Shown here one piece after another: positions 41,719 to 49,322 of a DNA stretch of 52,301 nucleotides. The stretch is from Patescibacteria group bacterium. Lineage in GTDB: Bacteria; Patescibacteriota; Patescibacteriia; UM-FILTER-42-10. The position numbers were made by a program, and so were the translations under genes. The notes under the pieces were generated by a model. The model searched no databases. It was not told where the DNA came from and saw nothing but the letters and a program-made list of their open reading frames with translations. Location: assembly GCA_041666485.1 (NCBI GenBank), contig JBAYGW010000006.1, positions 1 through 52,301 on the forward strand, written 5' to 3'. The stretch's first letter is position 1; each line of letters starts with the position of its first letter.

Positions 41719-42711
41719 ATGTCAAAAAACATTACAAAGCTGATATTTGGTGCGCTACTGATTGTAGGGGGCTTTTTTGTTATACCAAAAGCGCAAGCAC
41801 TTACTCTTATCCCCCCCTCATTTGAAACATCAGTTGATCCGGGCGTGACTACGGAAACCACCGTTAAGCTGTACAATGAAACTCAGGAAACACTCAACCT
41901 TTATCCGGAAGTCGTCAGCTTTACGGCTGAAGGAGAAACCGGCAACCCGACATTTGACTTCAATGCCCCAGCTGAAGGAGTCGCTTCATGGTTTACTTTG
42001 CCCGAGGGACCGATTACACTCACCGCCGGCGAAAGAAAAGTAATTGATGTCAAAATTACCCCTCCCGTTGATGCCGAGCCAGGTGGTCACTATGCAACTG
42101 TTTTTTTCGGAACGTCATCACCCAATCTGGAAGACCCGGGCAGTCTAGCGCTATCCACAAAACTCGGTTCTCTGTTTTTACTCAGAGTGTTTGGCGATAT
42201 TAAAGAGTCGGGCAGTATCAGTGAATTTGGCTTAAACGGAAATAATACTCTTTCCAGACTGCCGGCAACTTTCTTTACCCGCTTTCAAAATGATGGCAAC
42301 ATTCATCTAAGACCTACCGGCACTATTAAAATTACCAATATGCTAGGCGGTGATACTGCTGCTTTGGAGTTCAACCCCAAGAAAAGTTGCACCCTCCCCG
42401 ACACCATCAGAAAATATGAAACGATTTGGGAAAAAGATCAGATCAGAGAAGTTACCGGCAATTTTTGGAATAAATTTTGGACAGAGTTTTCCAATGAAAA
42501 AAATAATTTTGCCATCGGCAGGTATAAGGCGACAATTTCATTGGACGCGGGTAATCTAGTTCAAGATACTGCAACTATTACTTTCTGGATTATGCCCTGG
42601 AGAGTAATATCAGTCGCTTTGATTATACTCGCTTTCGTAATTGTCTTACTGATATTTTTGATTAAGAAATACAATCAGTGGATCATCAACAAAGCGCGGA
42701 AAAGGAAATAA
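41719..42711 (+). CDS. Signal peptide + Ig-like/beta-sandwich ectodomain + C-terminal TM anchor protein, paralogue A (DUF916/DUF3324-like architecture)
   Basis: Signal FGALLIVGGFFVIPKAQA. LTLIPPSFETSVDPGVTTETTVKLYNETQETLNLYPEV is the pattern of a chaperone/Ig-like first strand. GGHYATVFFGT is present. The C-terminal TM VISVALIILAFVIVLLIFLI is followed by KKYNQWIINKARKRK. I prefer ATG 41719 over GTG 41716. Confidence 0.75.
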   Translation: MSKNITKLIFGALLIVGGFFVIPKAQALTLIPPSFETSVDPGVTTETTVKLYNETQETLNLYPEVVSFTAEGETGNPTFDFNAPAEGVASWFTLPEGPITLTAGERKVIDVKITPPVDAEPGGHYATVFFGTSSPNLEDPGSLALSTKLGSLFLLRVFGDIKESGSISEFGLNGNNTLSRLPATFFTRFQNDGNIHLRPTGTIKITNMLGGDTAALEFNPKKSCTLPDTIRKYETIWEKDQIREVTGNFWNKFWTEFSNEKNNFAIGRYKATISLDAGNLVQDTATITFWIMPWRVISVALIILAFVIVLLIFLIKKYNQWIINKARKRK

Positions 42712-42719
42712 TAAGAATC

Positions 42720-43601
42720 ATGCGCAATATTAAAAACGCTTCAATCATTATTGGCGTTTTTTTTGTTATGCTTTTTTTATTTATCCCTGAAATTGGCAAA
42801 GCAGACACTGTATCAGGATCACTGAATGTATCTGTTTCAGCGATAGTGCAGGCACCGCCACCACCGGAAGAGCCTGATACGATAGTGCGATTTACTGGTT
42901 TAGCCTATCCGGGATCGGAACTTACCTTTGAACGTAATGGGACTCTTATGGCTACTGTCCCCGCTGATCCGGCCGCAAAATTTGATGTTGCGATTGAAAT
43001 GGATCCAGGAACTTATACTTTTTCTATATATGGCAGTGATGCGGACGGACGTGAGGGGCCGGTTTTTAATATCTCAGTGACGCTATCCTCGGGAGTCACA
43101 ATAACAATAACCGGAATATTTTTAGGACCGACTATTGAAGCGGATACATCGTCAGTTCAGATAGGAGATACAATCACTTTCTTAGGGGTTACAATCCCTG
43201 ACAGTAAGGTGAATCTGTTTGTCAGCCCGGAGACAGTAACCAGTTATGATGTAAATTCCGATAGTAATGGACTATGGTCAAAATCACTGATTGCCGGTGA
43301 AGATCTATTAACCGAAGGAAATCACGAAGTACGTTCTAAATCTACATCCGATCAGGGCGATATTTCAGAATATAGTAAAACTGTTGCATTTACTGTTACC
43401 GAGGAAACTAAACCGGACCCATGTGAACTTGCCTCCCGAGCGGATTTAAACTGCGATGGACGTGTAAGTTTAGTTGATTTTAGTATCTTAATGTTCTATT
43501 GGCAGGAAAATAACCCGGCAAATGCAAGGGCAGATATAAATAAAGACGGTGCGGTAAATATTGTAGATTTTAGCATTATGATGTTTTATTGGACCGGCTA
43601 A
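42720..43601 (+). CDS. Secreted protein with Ig-like domains and a C-terminal dockerin (type I-like duplicated Ca-binding repeat)
   Basis: Signal IIIGVFFVMLFLFIPEIGKA. Dockerin repeats DLNCDGRVSLVDFSILMFYW and DINKDGAVNIVDFSIMMFYW. Start is moved to ATG 42720, because the track's GTG 42678 overlaps the previous gene. Confidence 0.8.
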   Translation: MRNIKNASIIIGVFFVMLFLFIPEIGKADTVSGSLNVSVSAIVQAPPPPEEPDTIVRFTGLAYPGSELTFERNGTLMATVPADPAAKFDVAIEMDPGTYTFSIYGSDADGREGPVFNISVTLSSGVTITITGIFLGPTIEADTSSVQIGDTITFLGVTIPDSKVNLFVSPETVTSYDVNSDSNGLWSKSLIAGEDLLTEGNHEVRSKSTSDQGDISEYSKTVAFTVTEETKPDPCELASRADLNCDGRVSLVDFSILMFYWQENNPANARADINKDGAVNIVDFSIMMFYWTG

Positions 43602-43602
43602 T

Positions 43603-44754
43603 ATGAAACTATCTAACAAACAACTTATTTTCTCCCTGACCGTTGTTATCGGTACAGTTTTATTTGGTAAGGCCGCGAGTGCGGCAAATATCTACGTGAA
43701 CCCGCCGGAGCAGACGGTTTTTGCAGATGAAACATTTTTGGCGGAAGTTTATTTGGACAGCGAAAAAGAAATTATCAACGCCGTTCAAACACAGATTTCT
43801 TATCCAACAAATTATCTGGAAGTCGTGGACCTGGCTTACGGCAATTCTTTTTTAACAATCTGGCCCGAACAGCCAAAAAACAACCCTCAAACAGGAGTAA
43901 TCAGCTTTGCCGGTGGCGTACCAGGAGGAAGTTATGTTTTTGATGCCAAGGTGCTGACAATCACTTTCAAAGCCAAACATACCGGTTCAGCTTTTATAAA
44001 CTTACAGAACGACAAAACCGGCGTTTATCTTAATGACAGCGCAGGAACCCCTGCAAAGATTAATACCACTGGAAGCAAGGTAACAATTCTAACTCCCTCC
44101 TCCCAATCTATCGCACTTTCATCCCCTACTCACCCAGATCAGGATAGTTGGTATTCGGCTGATGATTTCATTGTTACCTGGGAACCAAGAATTGATTCTT
44201 TCTATAGTTACATACTTTCTGCCGACCCCGAAGCTGAACCGGATCAAATTCAGGAGGAGGAAGTGGGTAATGTAACATTTCATGATCTTAAAGACGGCAT
44301 CTACTATTTTATTCTATATGAAAAACCGTCCGGAGAAAATTGGGAATATGCGGGAAAAAGAAGAGTAATGATTGACCAGACGTCCCCTCTGCCATTTGAA
44401 ATCCAACTTGCCGATAATACAAAGGAATATAAAGAAAAAAAAGCAATCATTTTTTCAACTACTGATGCCATGTCGGGGATAGACCACTATGACATTCTCC
44501 AGGGTGAAAAATTATTCACCAATGTATCCAGCCCGTATTTATATCAAATTTATGAACCAACCAATTTCATAGTTCGGGCCTATGACAAAGCAGGCAACCT
44601 GACCGAAGCCGGGAAACTGATTATGGCGGAAAAAGAGAATAATTTCTCAAATTTTGCTATAATACTAATAGTAATAATCATCCTGTTGATTATTATCCTA
44701 TTTATCGTTTTACGGTTCCGATCTAAAGATGAAGATAAGCCTCAGTTGGAATAG
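43603..44754 (+). CDS. Membrane-anchored cohesin-domain protein 1
   Basis: Signal peptide. The cohesin-like domain reads IYVNPPEQTV...AEVYLDSEKEIINAVQTQISYPTNYLEVV...ISFAGGVPGG...LTITFKAKHTGSAFINL. A middle domain (HPDQDSWY...IDQTSPLPFEI...SGIDHYDI...YDKAGN) is shared with the next gene. C-terminal TM FAIILIVIIILLIIILFIVL. Confidence 0.75.
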   Translation: MKLSNKQLIFSLTVVIGTVLFGKAASAANIYVNPPEQTVFADETFLAEVYLDSEKEIINAVQTQISYPTNYLEVVDLAYGNSFLTIWPEQPKNNPQTGVISFAGGVPGGSYVFDAKVLTITFKAKHTGSAFINLQNDKTGVYLNDSAGTPAKINTTGSKVTILTPSSQSIALSSPTHPDQDSWYSADDFIVTWEPRIDSFYSYILSADPEAEPDQIQEEEVGNVTFHDLKDGIYYFILYEKPSGENWEYAGKRRVMIDQTSPLPFEIQLADNTKEYKEKKAIIFSTTDAMSGIDHYDILQGEKLFTNVSSPYLYQIYEPTNFIVRAYDKAGNLTEAGKLIMAEKENNFSNFAIILIVIIILLIIILFIVLRFRSKDEDKPQLE

Positions 44755-46081
44755 CAGGATCATATTAACCTCTTTGCTTGTCATGGGGGGATTTATTGTC
44801 GGAACTAACGTGGCACATGCTGGTGCCACACTTTTTCTTTCTCCATCCGGTGGATCGCTGACGGTTGGCGGATCAATCTCCACAACTGTTGTTGTTAATA
44901 CCGGTGGAGACCCTATTAACGCAGTACAAGCAACAGCTTCGTTTCCTACCGATCTTCTGGAAGCGACTGCAGTAACCCAATCAGGGTTATTTGATTTTTG
45001 GCCGGTCACGCCCATCTATTCCAATGGTTCTGGGACAGTAAATTTTGCGGGCGGACTTAGAGACCCCGGTTATACTGGAACTTCTGGATCAATCGTCACT
45101 ATCACCTTTAAGGGTAAAAAAGCGGGAACTGCCACTATTACTCTAGGTTCCGTAATGATATTAAAGAATGACGGTGATGGAACCGATCTGTTCACCGGTG
45201 CTGGCAGCGCAACCTTTACCATATCAGAACCAACTCCCATTACCCCGATTAAACCAACGCCGGTCCCGGATACGGAAGAACCTGAGGAACCAGAGCCGGA
45301 TATAGAAGCCTTGCCGGCGCCAGTTATTTATTCTGACACTCATCCGAAACAAGACAGTTGGTATACTGACAATTCACCGGCATTTTACTGGGATAAACTA
45401 GAAGGGGCGGAAGGATTCAGTTATTCCTTTGATGATAAAAAGAATACAATCCCGGATGACACGACAGAAGGTACGGATAACAAAGCTAACTTCAAAAAAA
45501 CCAAAGACGGTGTTTGGTATCTGCATGTAAAAGTTCTAAACAAAGGTGGTTGGAGCAAAACGTACCATTACCGGGTTCAGATTGATACTACGCCTCCGTT
45601 AGAATTTGATATTAGAATGGAAGGTGAAAATCCGACCAAGCTGCAGGAACCGAAAATGCATTTTGCAACGGTTGATGAACTTTCAGGTGTTGACCGTTAT
45701 GAACTATCCTTAGATAAAGAACCCTATGCTGTTCTTGAAACCGGCGAAACCGAACCTTTTACATTTTCCAAGCTCCCATATGGTGAACACACGACAGAAG
45801 TACAAGTATACGACAAGGCAGGCAACATACAATCTTCTTCATTAGATTTTAATGTTATCAAGTATTCTACGGAAAGCGGGTTTTGGTTGTGGTCACATTT
45901 TATCCTTTTTTCCTGGCTTGCACTGATACTGCTAATCATAATCCTCGCACTGGTGATCCTACTTTGCTTATTTCTGTTTGTTTGTTGTCGGAGGAAGGAA
46001 GATGATGAGGATGAGGAGCAGAAAAAGCAATCCCGTTGGAAAAAAGCAATATTAAATAAAATTAGAAAAGAGAAAAATTAG
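44729..46081 (+). CDS. Membrane-anchored cohesin-domain protein 2 (with Pro/Glu-rich linker)
   Basis: Signal peptide. Cohesin-like LFLSPSGGSLTVGGSISTTVVVNTGGDPINAVQATASFPTDLL...VNFAGGL...VTITFKGKKAGTATITL. Linker EPTPITPIKPTPVPDTEEPEEPEPD. Shared middle domain (HPKQDSWY, IDTTPPLEFDI, SGVDRYEL, YDKAGN). C-terminal TM plus a charged tail. The start overlaps the previous gene by 26 nt. Confidence 0.75.
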   Translation: MKISLSWNSRIILTSLLVMGGFIVGTNVAHAGATLFLSPSGGSLTVGGSISTTVVVNTGGDPINAVQATASFPTDLLEATAVTQSGLFDFWPVTPIYSNGSGTVNFAGGLRDPGYTGTSGSIVTITFKGKKAGTATITLGSVMILKNDGDGTDLFTGAGSATFTISEPTPITPIKPTPVPDTEEPEEPEPDIEALPAPVIYSDTHPKQDSWYTDNSPAFYWDKLEGAEGFSYSFDDKKNTIPDDTTEGTDNKANFKKTKDGVWYLHVKVLNKGGWSKTYHYRVQIDTTPPLEFDIRMEGENPTKLQEPKMHFATVDELSGVDRYELSLDKEPYAVLETGETEPFTFSKLPYGEHTTEVQVYDKAGNIQSSSLDFNVIKYSTESGFWLWSHFILFSWLALILLIIILALVILLCLFLFVCCRRKEDDEDEEQKKQSRWKKAILNKIRKEKN

Positions 46082-46144
46082 TAAATAAATAGTTAGATTA
46101 CTTTACATTGAAAATAGTATTATGCTAAGATAACATACCTGATA

Positions 46145-46173
46145 TTGACTCTTTTATAATAGTATGATATAAT
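46145..46173 (+). promoter_or_regulatory. Consensus-like sigma70 promoter for subunit paralogue 3
   Basis: TTGACT (46145-46150), a 17-nt spacer, then TATAAT (46168-46173). An upstream TTACAT-N17-TAAGAT is also present. The motif block ATGCTAAGATA...TGATATTGACT...GATATAATATA is shared with 39350-39415. Confidence 0.7.
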
Positions 46174-46194
46174 ATACGTATAATTCAAAAATAT

Positions 46195-47286
46195 ATGACT
46201 AAACACTATTTTAAAGTATTAAATCGCATAGTAAGCATTATAGTAATATTCTTGCTTGTTTTTGTGCTTACTCCGCCTTATCATACTACATACGCGGCTA
46301 GTTTAACCAAAATATCCGATACGCTTTCCACGCTGACCCAGAATGTTGTAGCCGATCACACAATTTTGTTTGTTACGCCAACAGGTGTCCAGGCAGACGC
46401 GGACACTATTACAATTGATTTGACCGATTTCACGGTGGGCACTGTTGATTATACAGACATTGATCTGGCTGTTGATGCTGACGCAAACTGTGATGGCGCC
46501 TGGACGGACAAGACGCTCGCTGCCGCAAACGGAGCCGGCGTATGGGGAGCAACATTCACCGGAGCTGTTCTTACCTTGGATGCTCCGACCGATGCCGCCG
46601 CTGGTGAAATTACCGCGGGAGTTTGTGTACAAGTTCAAATTGGAACAAATGCCTCAGGAGGCAACGCTCAACTGCAAAGTCCCAATGATACCAGTTCACA
46701 CACCATGGAAATCGCCGGAACTTTCGGTGATACCGGTCAATTTGCAATTGACTTTGTTTCCGATGACAGTGTAAATATCACCAGTACTGTTGATCCGTCA
46801 ATTACTTTTGCAATTTCTGATACAACAATCGGTTTTGGCACACTAAGCGCTTCGGCTGCCCGTTGGGCGACTGCCGATACCGCCGGTTCTGCAACAGACA
46901 CGGCCGCGCATACTATTTCAATCGGCACAAATGCAACAGACGGATACATTGTTACTTATAACGGCGCTACTTTGACCAGCAGCGGTGATACAATCACTGT
47001 CGCCTCAATTACAAATGACGCTGACGGGACACAAGGTGCGGAACAATTTGGCATGGGATTCTCAACCAACGGCGATTCTACAATTGCCGCGGCTTATGAT
47101 CATAATGCAACAGCAGGAAATAGGGATTGGGCATTTGTTGCCAGTACTACAACTACGATTGCCTCCGAGCTGGTACCAACTGCATCTGAAACAATCAGCG
47201 CCTTTTATCTTGCCAATATCGCCGCCGATACCGAAGCAGGAAGTTATAACACAGACATCACTTATATTGCTACCGCGACTTTTTAG
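46195..47286 (+). CDS. Secreted two-domain surface/fibre subunit candidate, paralogue 3 (363 aa)
   Basis: Signal ...YHTTYA|ASLTKISDTLSTLTQNVVADHTILFVTPTG. Collinear with paralogues 1 and 2. Ends ...EAGSYNTDITYIATATF. Confidence 0.85.
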   Translation: MTKHYFKVLNRIVSIIVIFLLVFVLTPPYHTTYAASLTKISDTLSTLTQNVVADHTILFVTPTGVQADADTITIDLTDFTVGTVDYTDIDLAVDADANCDGAWTDKTLAAANGAGVWGATFTGAVLTLDAPTDAAAGEITAGVCVQVQIGTNASGGNAQLQSPNDTSSHTMEIAGTFGDTGQFAIDFVSDDSVNITSTVDPSITFAISDTTIGFGTLSASAARWATADTAGSATDTAAHTISIGTNATDGYIVTYNGATLTSSGDTITVASITNDADGTQGAEQFGMGFSTNGDSTIAAAYDHNATAGNRDWAFVASTTTTIASELVPTASETISAFYLANIAADTEAGSYNTDITYIATATF

Positions 47287-47330
47287 TGATAAAATTAAGT
47301 TGTTTCAAAAAATAAATAATCTAAAAAACA

Positions 47331-48344
47331 ATGTCTAAGAAATTTGCAACATCAGCATTGGTTGCCATATTTACATTTTTTGGGGGGTTTTTTATTGCCT
47401 CAACGGCCAATGCATTAACACTAATTGCCCCGACATTTGAGCAAAATGTTGACCCAGGGGTAGCGAGTAAAACAGAAATTAAGCTCTATAACGAAACACA
47501 GGATACACTTTCATTGTATCCGGAAGTTGTTTCATTCACCGCAAATGGTGAGACAGGCCAGCCCACTTTTGATTTTGATGCGCCGCTTGAAGGAGTGGCA
47601 ACTTGGTTTGACTTGCCGGAAGGACCAATTATGTTGCAGGGCGGTGAAAGAAAAATTGTTCCGATCACAATCACTCCTCCGATTGATGCTGAACCGGGTG
47701 GTCACTACGCAACAGTATTTTTTGGTACTTCCGCCCCTAATCTGGAAGATCCGGGCAGCCTGGCACTTGCCACCAAGCTTGGATCATTATTCCTACTGAG
47801 AGTTTTTGGTGATGTTACTGAAGCAGGAAATATCGCGGAATTTGGTCTGGATGGCAACAAAACTACGTTAAACAGATTACCGGCTACAGTATTCACCCGC
47901 TTTCAAAACAGCGGCAATATTCATCTCCGACCGGAAGGAACTATTACGATCAAAAACTTACTGGGTGCTGAAACAGCTAAGCTAGACTTTAATGCAAAAA
48001 AAGGTGCGACCCTGCCGGATAGTATTAGAAAATACGATACAATCTGGGAAAAAGGGCAGGTGAAGCAAGCTTCCGGTAATTTTTGGAACAAATTCTGGAC
48101 AGAGTTTGCCAACGAAAAGAACAATTTTGCTTTAGGCAGATACAAAGCCAGTATCGCATTAACCGCAGGAAATCTGGTCCAGGACAACGCAGAAGTTACA
48201 TTCTGGGTCTGGCCGTGGAGAATTCTGCTTATTTCATTGCTTGTACTCATACTGATTATTCTCCTGCTCGTTATCTTCATCAAACGATACAACAAGTGGA
48301 TTGTGGCAAAGGCAAAAACAACAGCAGAGCCAGAGAAAAAATAA
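47331..48344 (+). CDS. Signal peptide + Ig-like ectodomain + C-terminal TM anchor protein, paralogue B
   Basis: Collinear with 41719..42711, for example GGHYATVFFGTSAPNLEDPGSLALATKLGSLFLLRVFGD. C-terminal TM LLISLLVLILIILLLVIFI followed by KRYNKWIVAKAK. Confidence 0.8.
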   Translation: MSKKFATSALVAIFTFFGGFFIASTANALTLIAPTFEQNVDPGVASKTEIKLYNETQDTLSLYPEVVSFTANGETGQPTFDFDAPLEGVATWFDLPEGPIMLQGGERKIVPITITPPIDAEPGGHYATVFFGTSAPNLEDPGSLALATKLGSLFLLRVFGDVTEAGNIAEFGLDGNKTTLNRLPATVFTRFQNSGNIHLRPEGTITIKNLLGAETAKLDFNAKKGATLPDSIRKYDTIWEKGQVKQASGNFWNKFWTEFANEKNNFALGRYKASIALTAGNLVQDNAEVTFWVWPWRILLISLLVLILIILLLVIFIKRYNKWIVAKAKTTAEPEKK

Positions 48345-48369
48345 ATAATATCTATCCTAGAAAAAGGAA

Positions 48370-48399
48370 ACGCCCTTGATAATAAGGGTGTTTTCTTTT
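48370..48399 (+). terminator. Rho-independent terminator closing the surface locus
   Basis: Stem ACGCCCTT (48370-48377) / AAGGGTGT (48384-48391) with one G-U pair, then TTTTCTTTTC. Confidence 0.7.
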
Positions 48400-48463
48400 C
48401 AGAATATATTTTTACATTTTGTTCATTTTATGGTATGATATCAAAAGAATTAACCAAAAAAAC

Positions 48464-49315
48464 ATGATAAAAATAAAAAAAGCGGTAATCCCAGTTGCCG
48501 GATTTGGTACGCGTTTTTTGCCTGCCACCAAAGCGCAACCAAAGGAGATGCTGCCGATTGTTGACAAACCGTCGGTACAATATGCGGTGGAGGAAGCGGT
48601 GGCAGCGGGTATTGAAGATATCATCCTGATCACCGGACAGAACAAGCGTGCGATTGAAGATCATTTTGACAGCCATTTTGAACTTGAAGATAATCTGCGA
48701 CGGAAAAAGAAGACGGAAAAATTAAAAGAAATTCAAGCGATATCCAAACTGGCTAATTTTATTTATATCCGCCAAAAATCACCGCTCGGTAATGGGCATG
48801 CTGTCTTATGCGCAAAAAGTGTGATCGGTAATGATCCATTTGTTGTTATCTGGCCGGATGATTTGATTGATTCGCCAAAAAATACGATCAAACAAATGAT
48901 TGATGTATACCAGAAATATACATCCCCGGTTATTGGTGTTCTGCAAGTGCCAGACTCGGACATTGAAAAATATGGCATTATCAAAAATAAACATATTAAA
49001 GATAACGTACATGAGATGCTGGACATTGTTGAAAAGCCATCACTGAAATCAGCACCCTCCAATTTAGCATCTTTGAAAGGATATGTATTAGGACCGGAAA
49101 TATTTAAAATTTTAGAAAATATGAAACCGGGTAAAGGCGGCGAGATCTGGCTGGCTGATGCGGTGAAAAAACTACTACCGACACAATCCGTATTTGCCTG
49201 TGAATTTAAGGGTAAGATTTATGATGTCGGATCAAAAGCCGGATGGATCAAGGCCAATATTGCTTATGCAAGAAAAAGACCGGAATTAAAAAAAGAATTA
49301 AAAGGTTATATATAG
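48464..49315 (+). CDS. galU: UTP--glucose-1-phosphate uridylyltransferase
   Basis: KAVIPVAGFGTRFLPATKAQPKEMLPIVDKP is the canonical GalU N-terminal motif. Start is moved to ATG 48464. Confidence 0.85.
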   Translation: MIKIKKAVIPVAGFGTRFLPATKAQPKEMLPIVDKPSVQYAVEEAVAAGIEDIILITGQNKRAIEDHFDSHFELEDNLRRKKKTEKLKEIQAISKLANFIYIRQKSPLGNGHAVLCAKSVIGNDPFVVIWPDDLIDSPKNTIKQMIDVYQKYTSPVIGVLQVPDSDIEKYGIIKNKHIKDNVHEMLDIVEKPSLKSAPSNLASLKGYVLGPEIFKILENMKPGKGGEIWLADAVKKLLPTQSVFACEFKGKIYDVGSKAGWIKANIAYARKRPELKKELKGYI

Positions 49316-49322
49316 AAGATCT

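Noticed and set aside
39435-47286. A high density of N-x-S/T sequons in the subunit paralogues, partly conserved (NLTK, NHTI, NVTA/NITS, NATD, NATAG), as a hint of N-glycosylation.
   Set aside because: The proteins are strongly enriched in N, T and S, so sequons are expected by composition. No oligosaccharyltransferase lies in the window. This cannot be supported from sequence alone.
39689-47338. Antisense or alternate-frame ORFs within subunit and anchor genes (39689-40120, 40696-40945, 41312-41667, 46303-46949, 46985-47338, 47486-48379).
   Set aside because: They are nested in well-supported paralogous genes whose frames are confirmed by mutual protein-level conservation.
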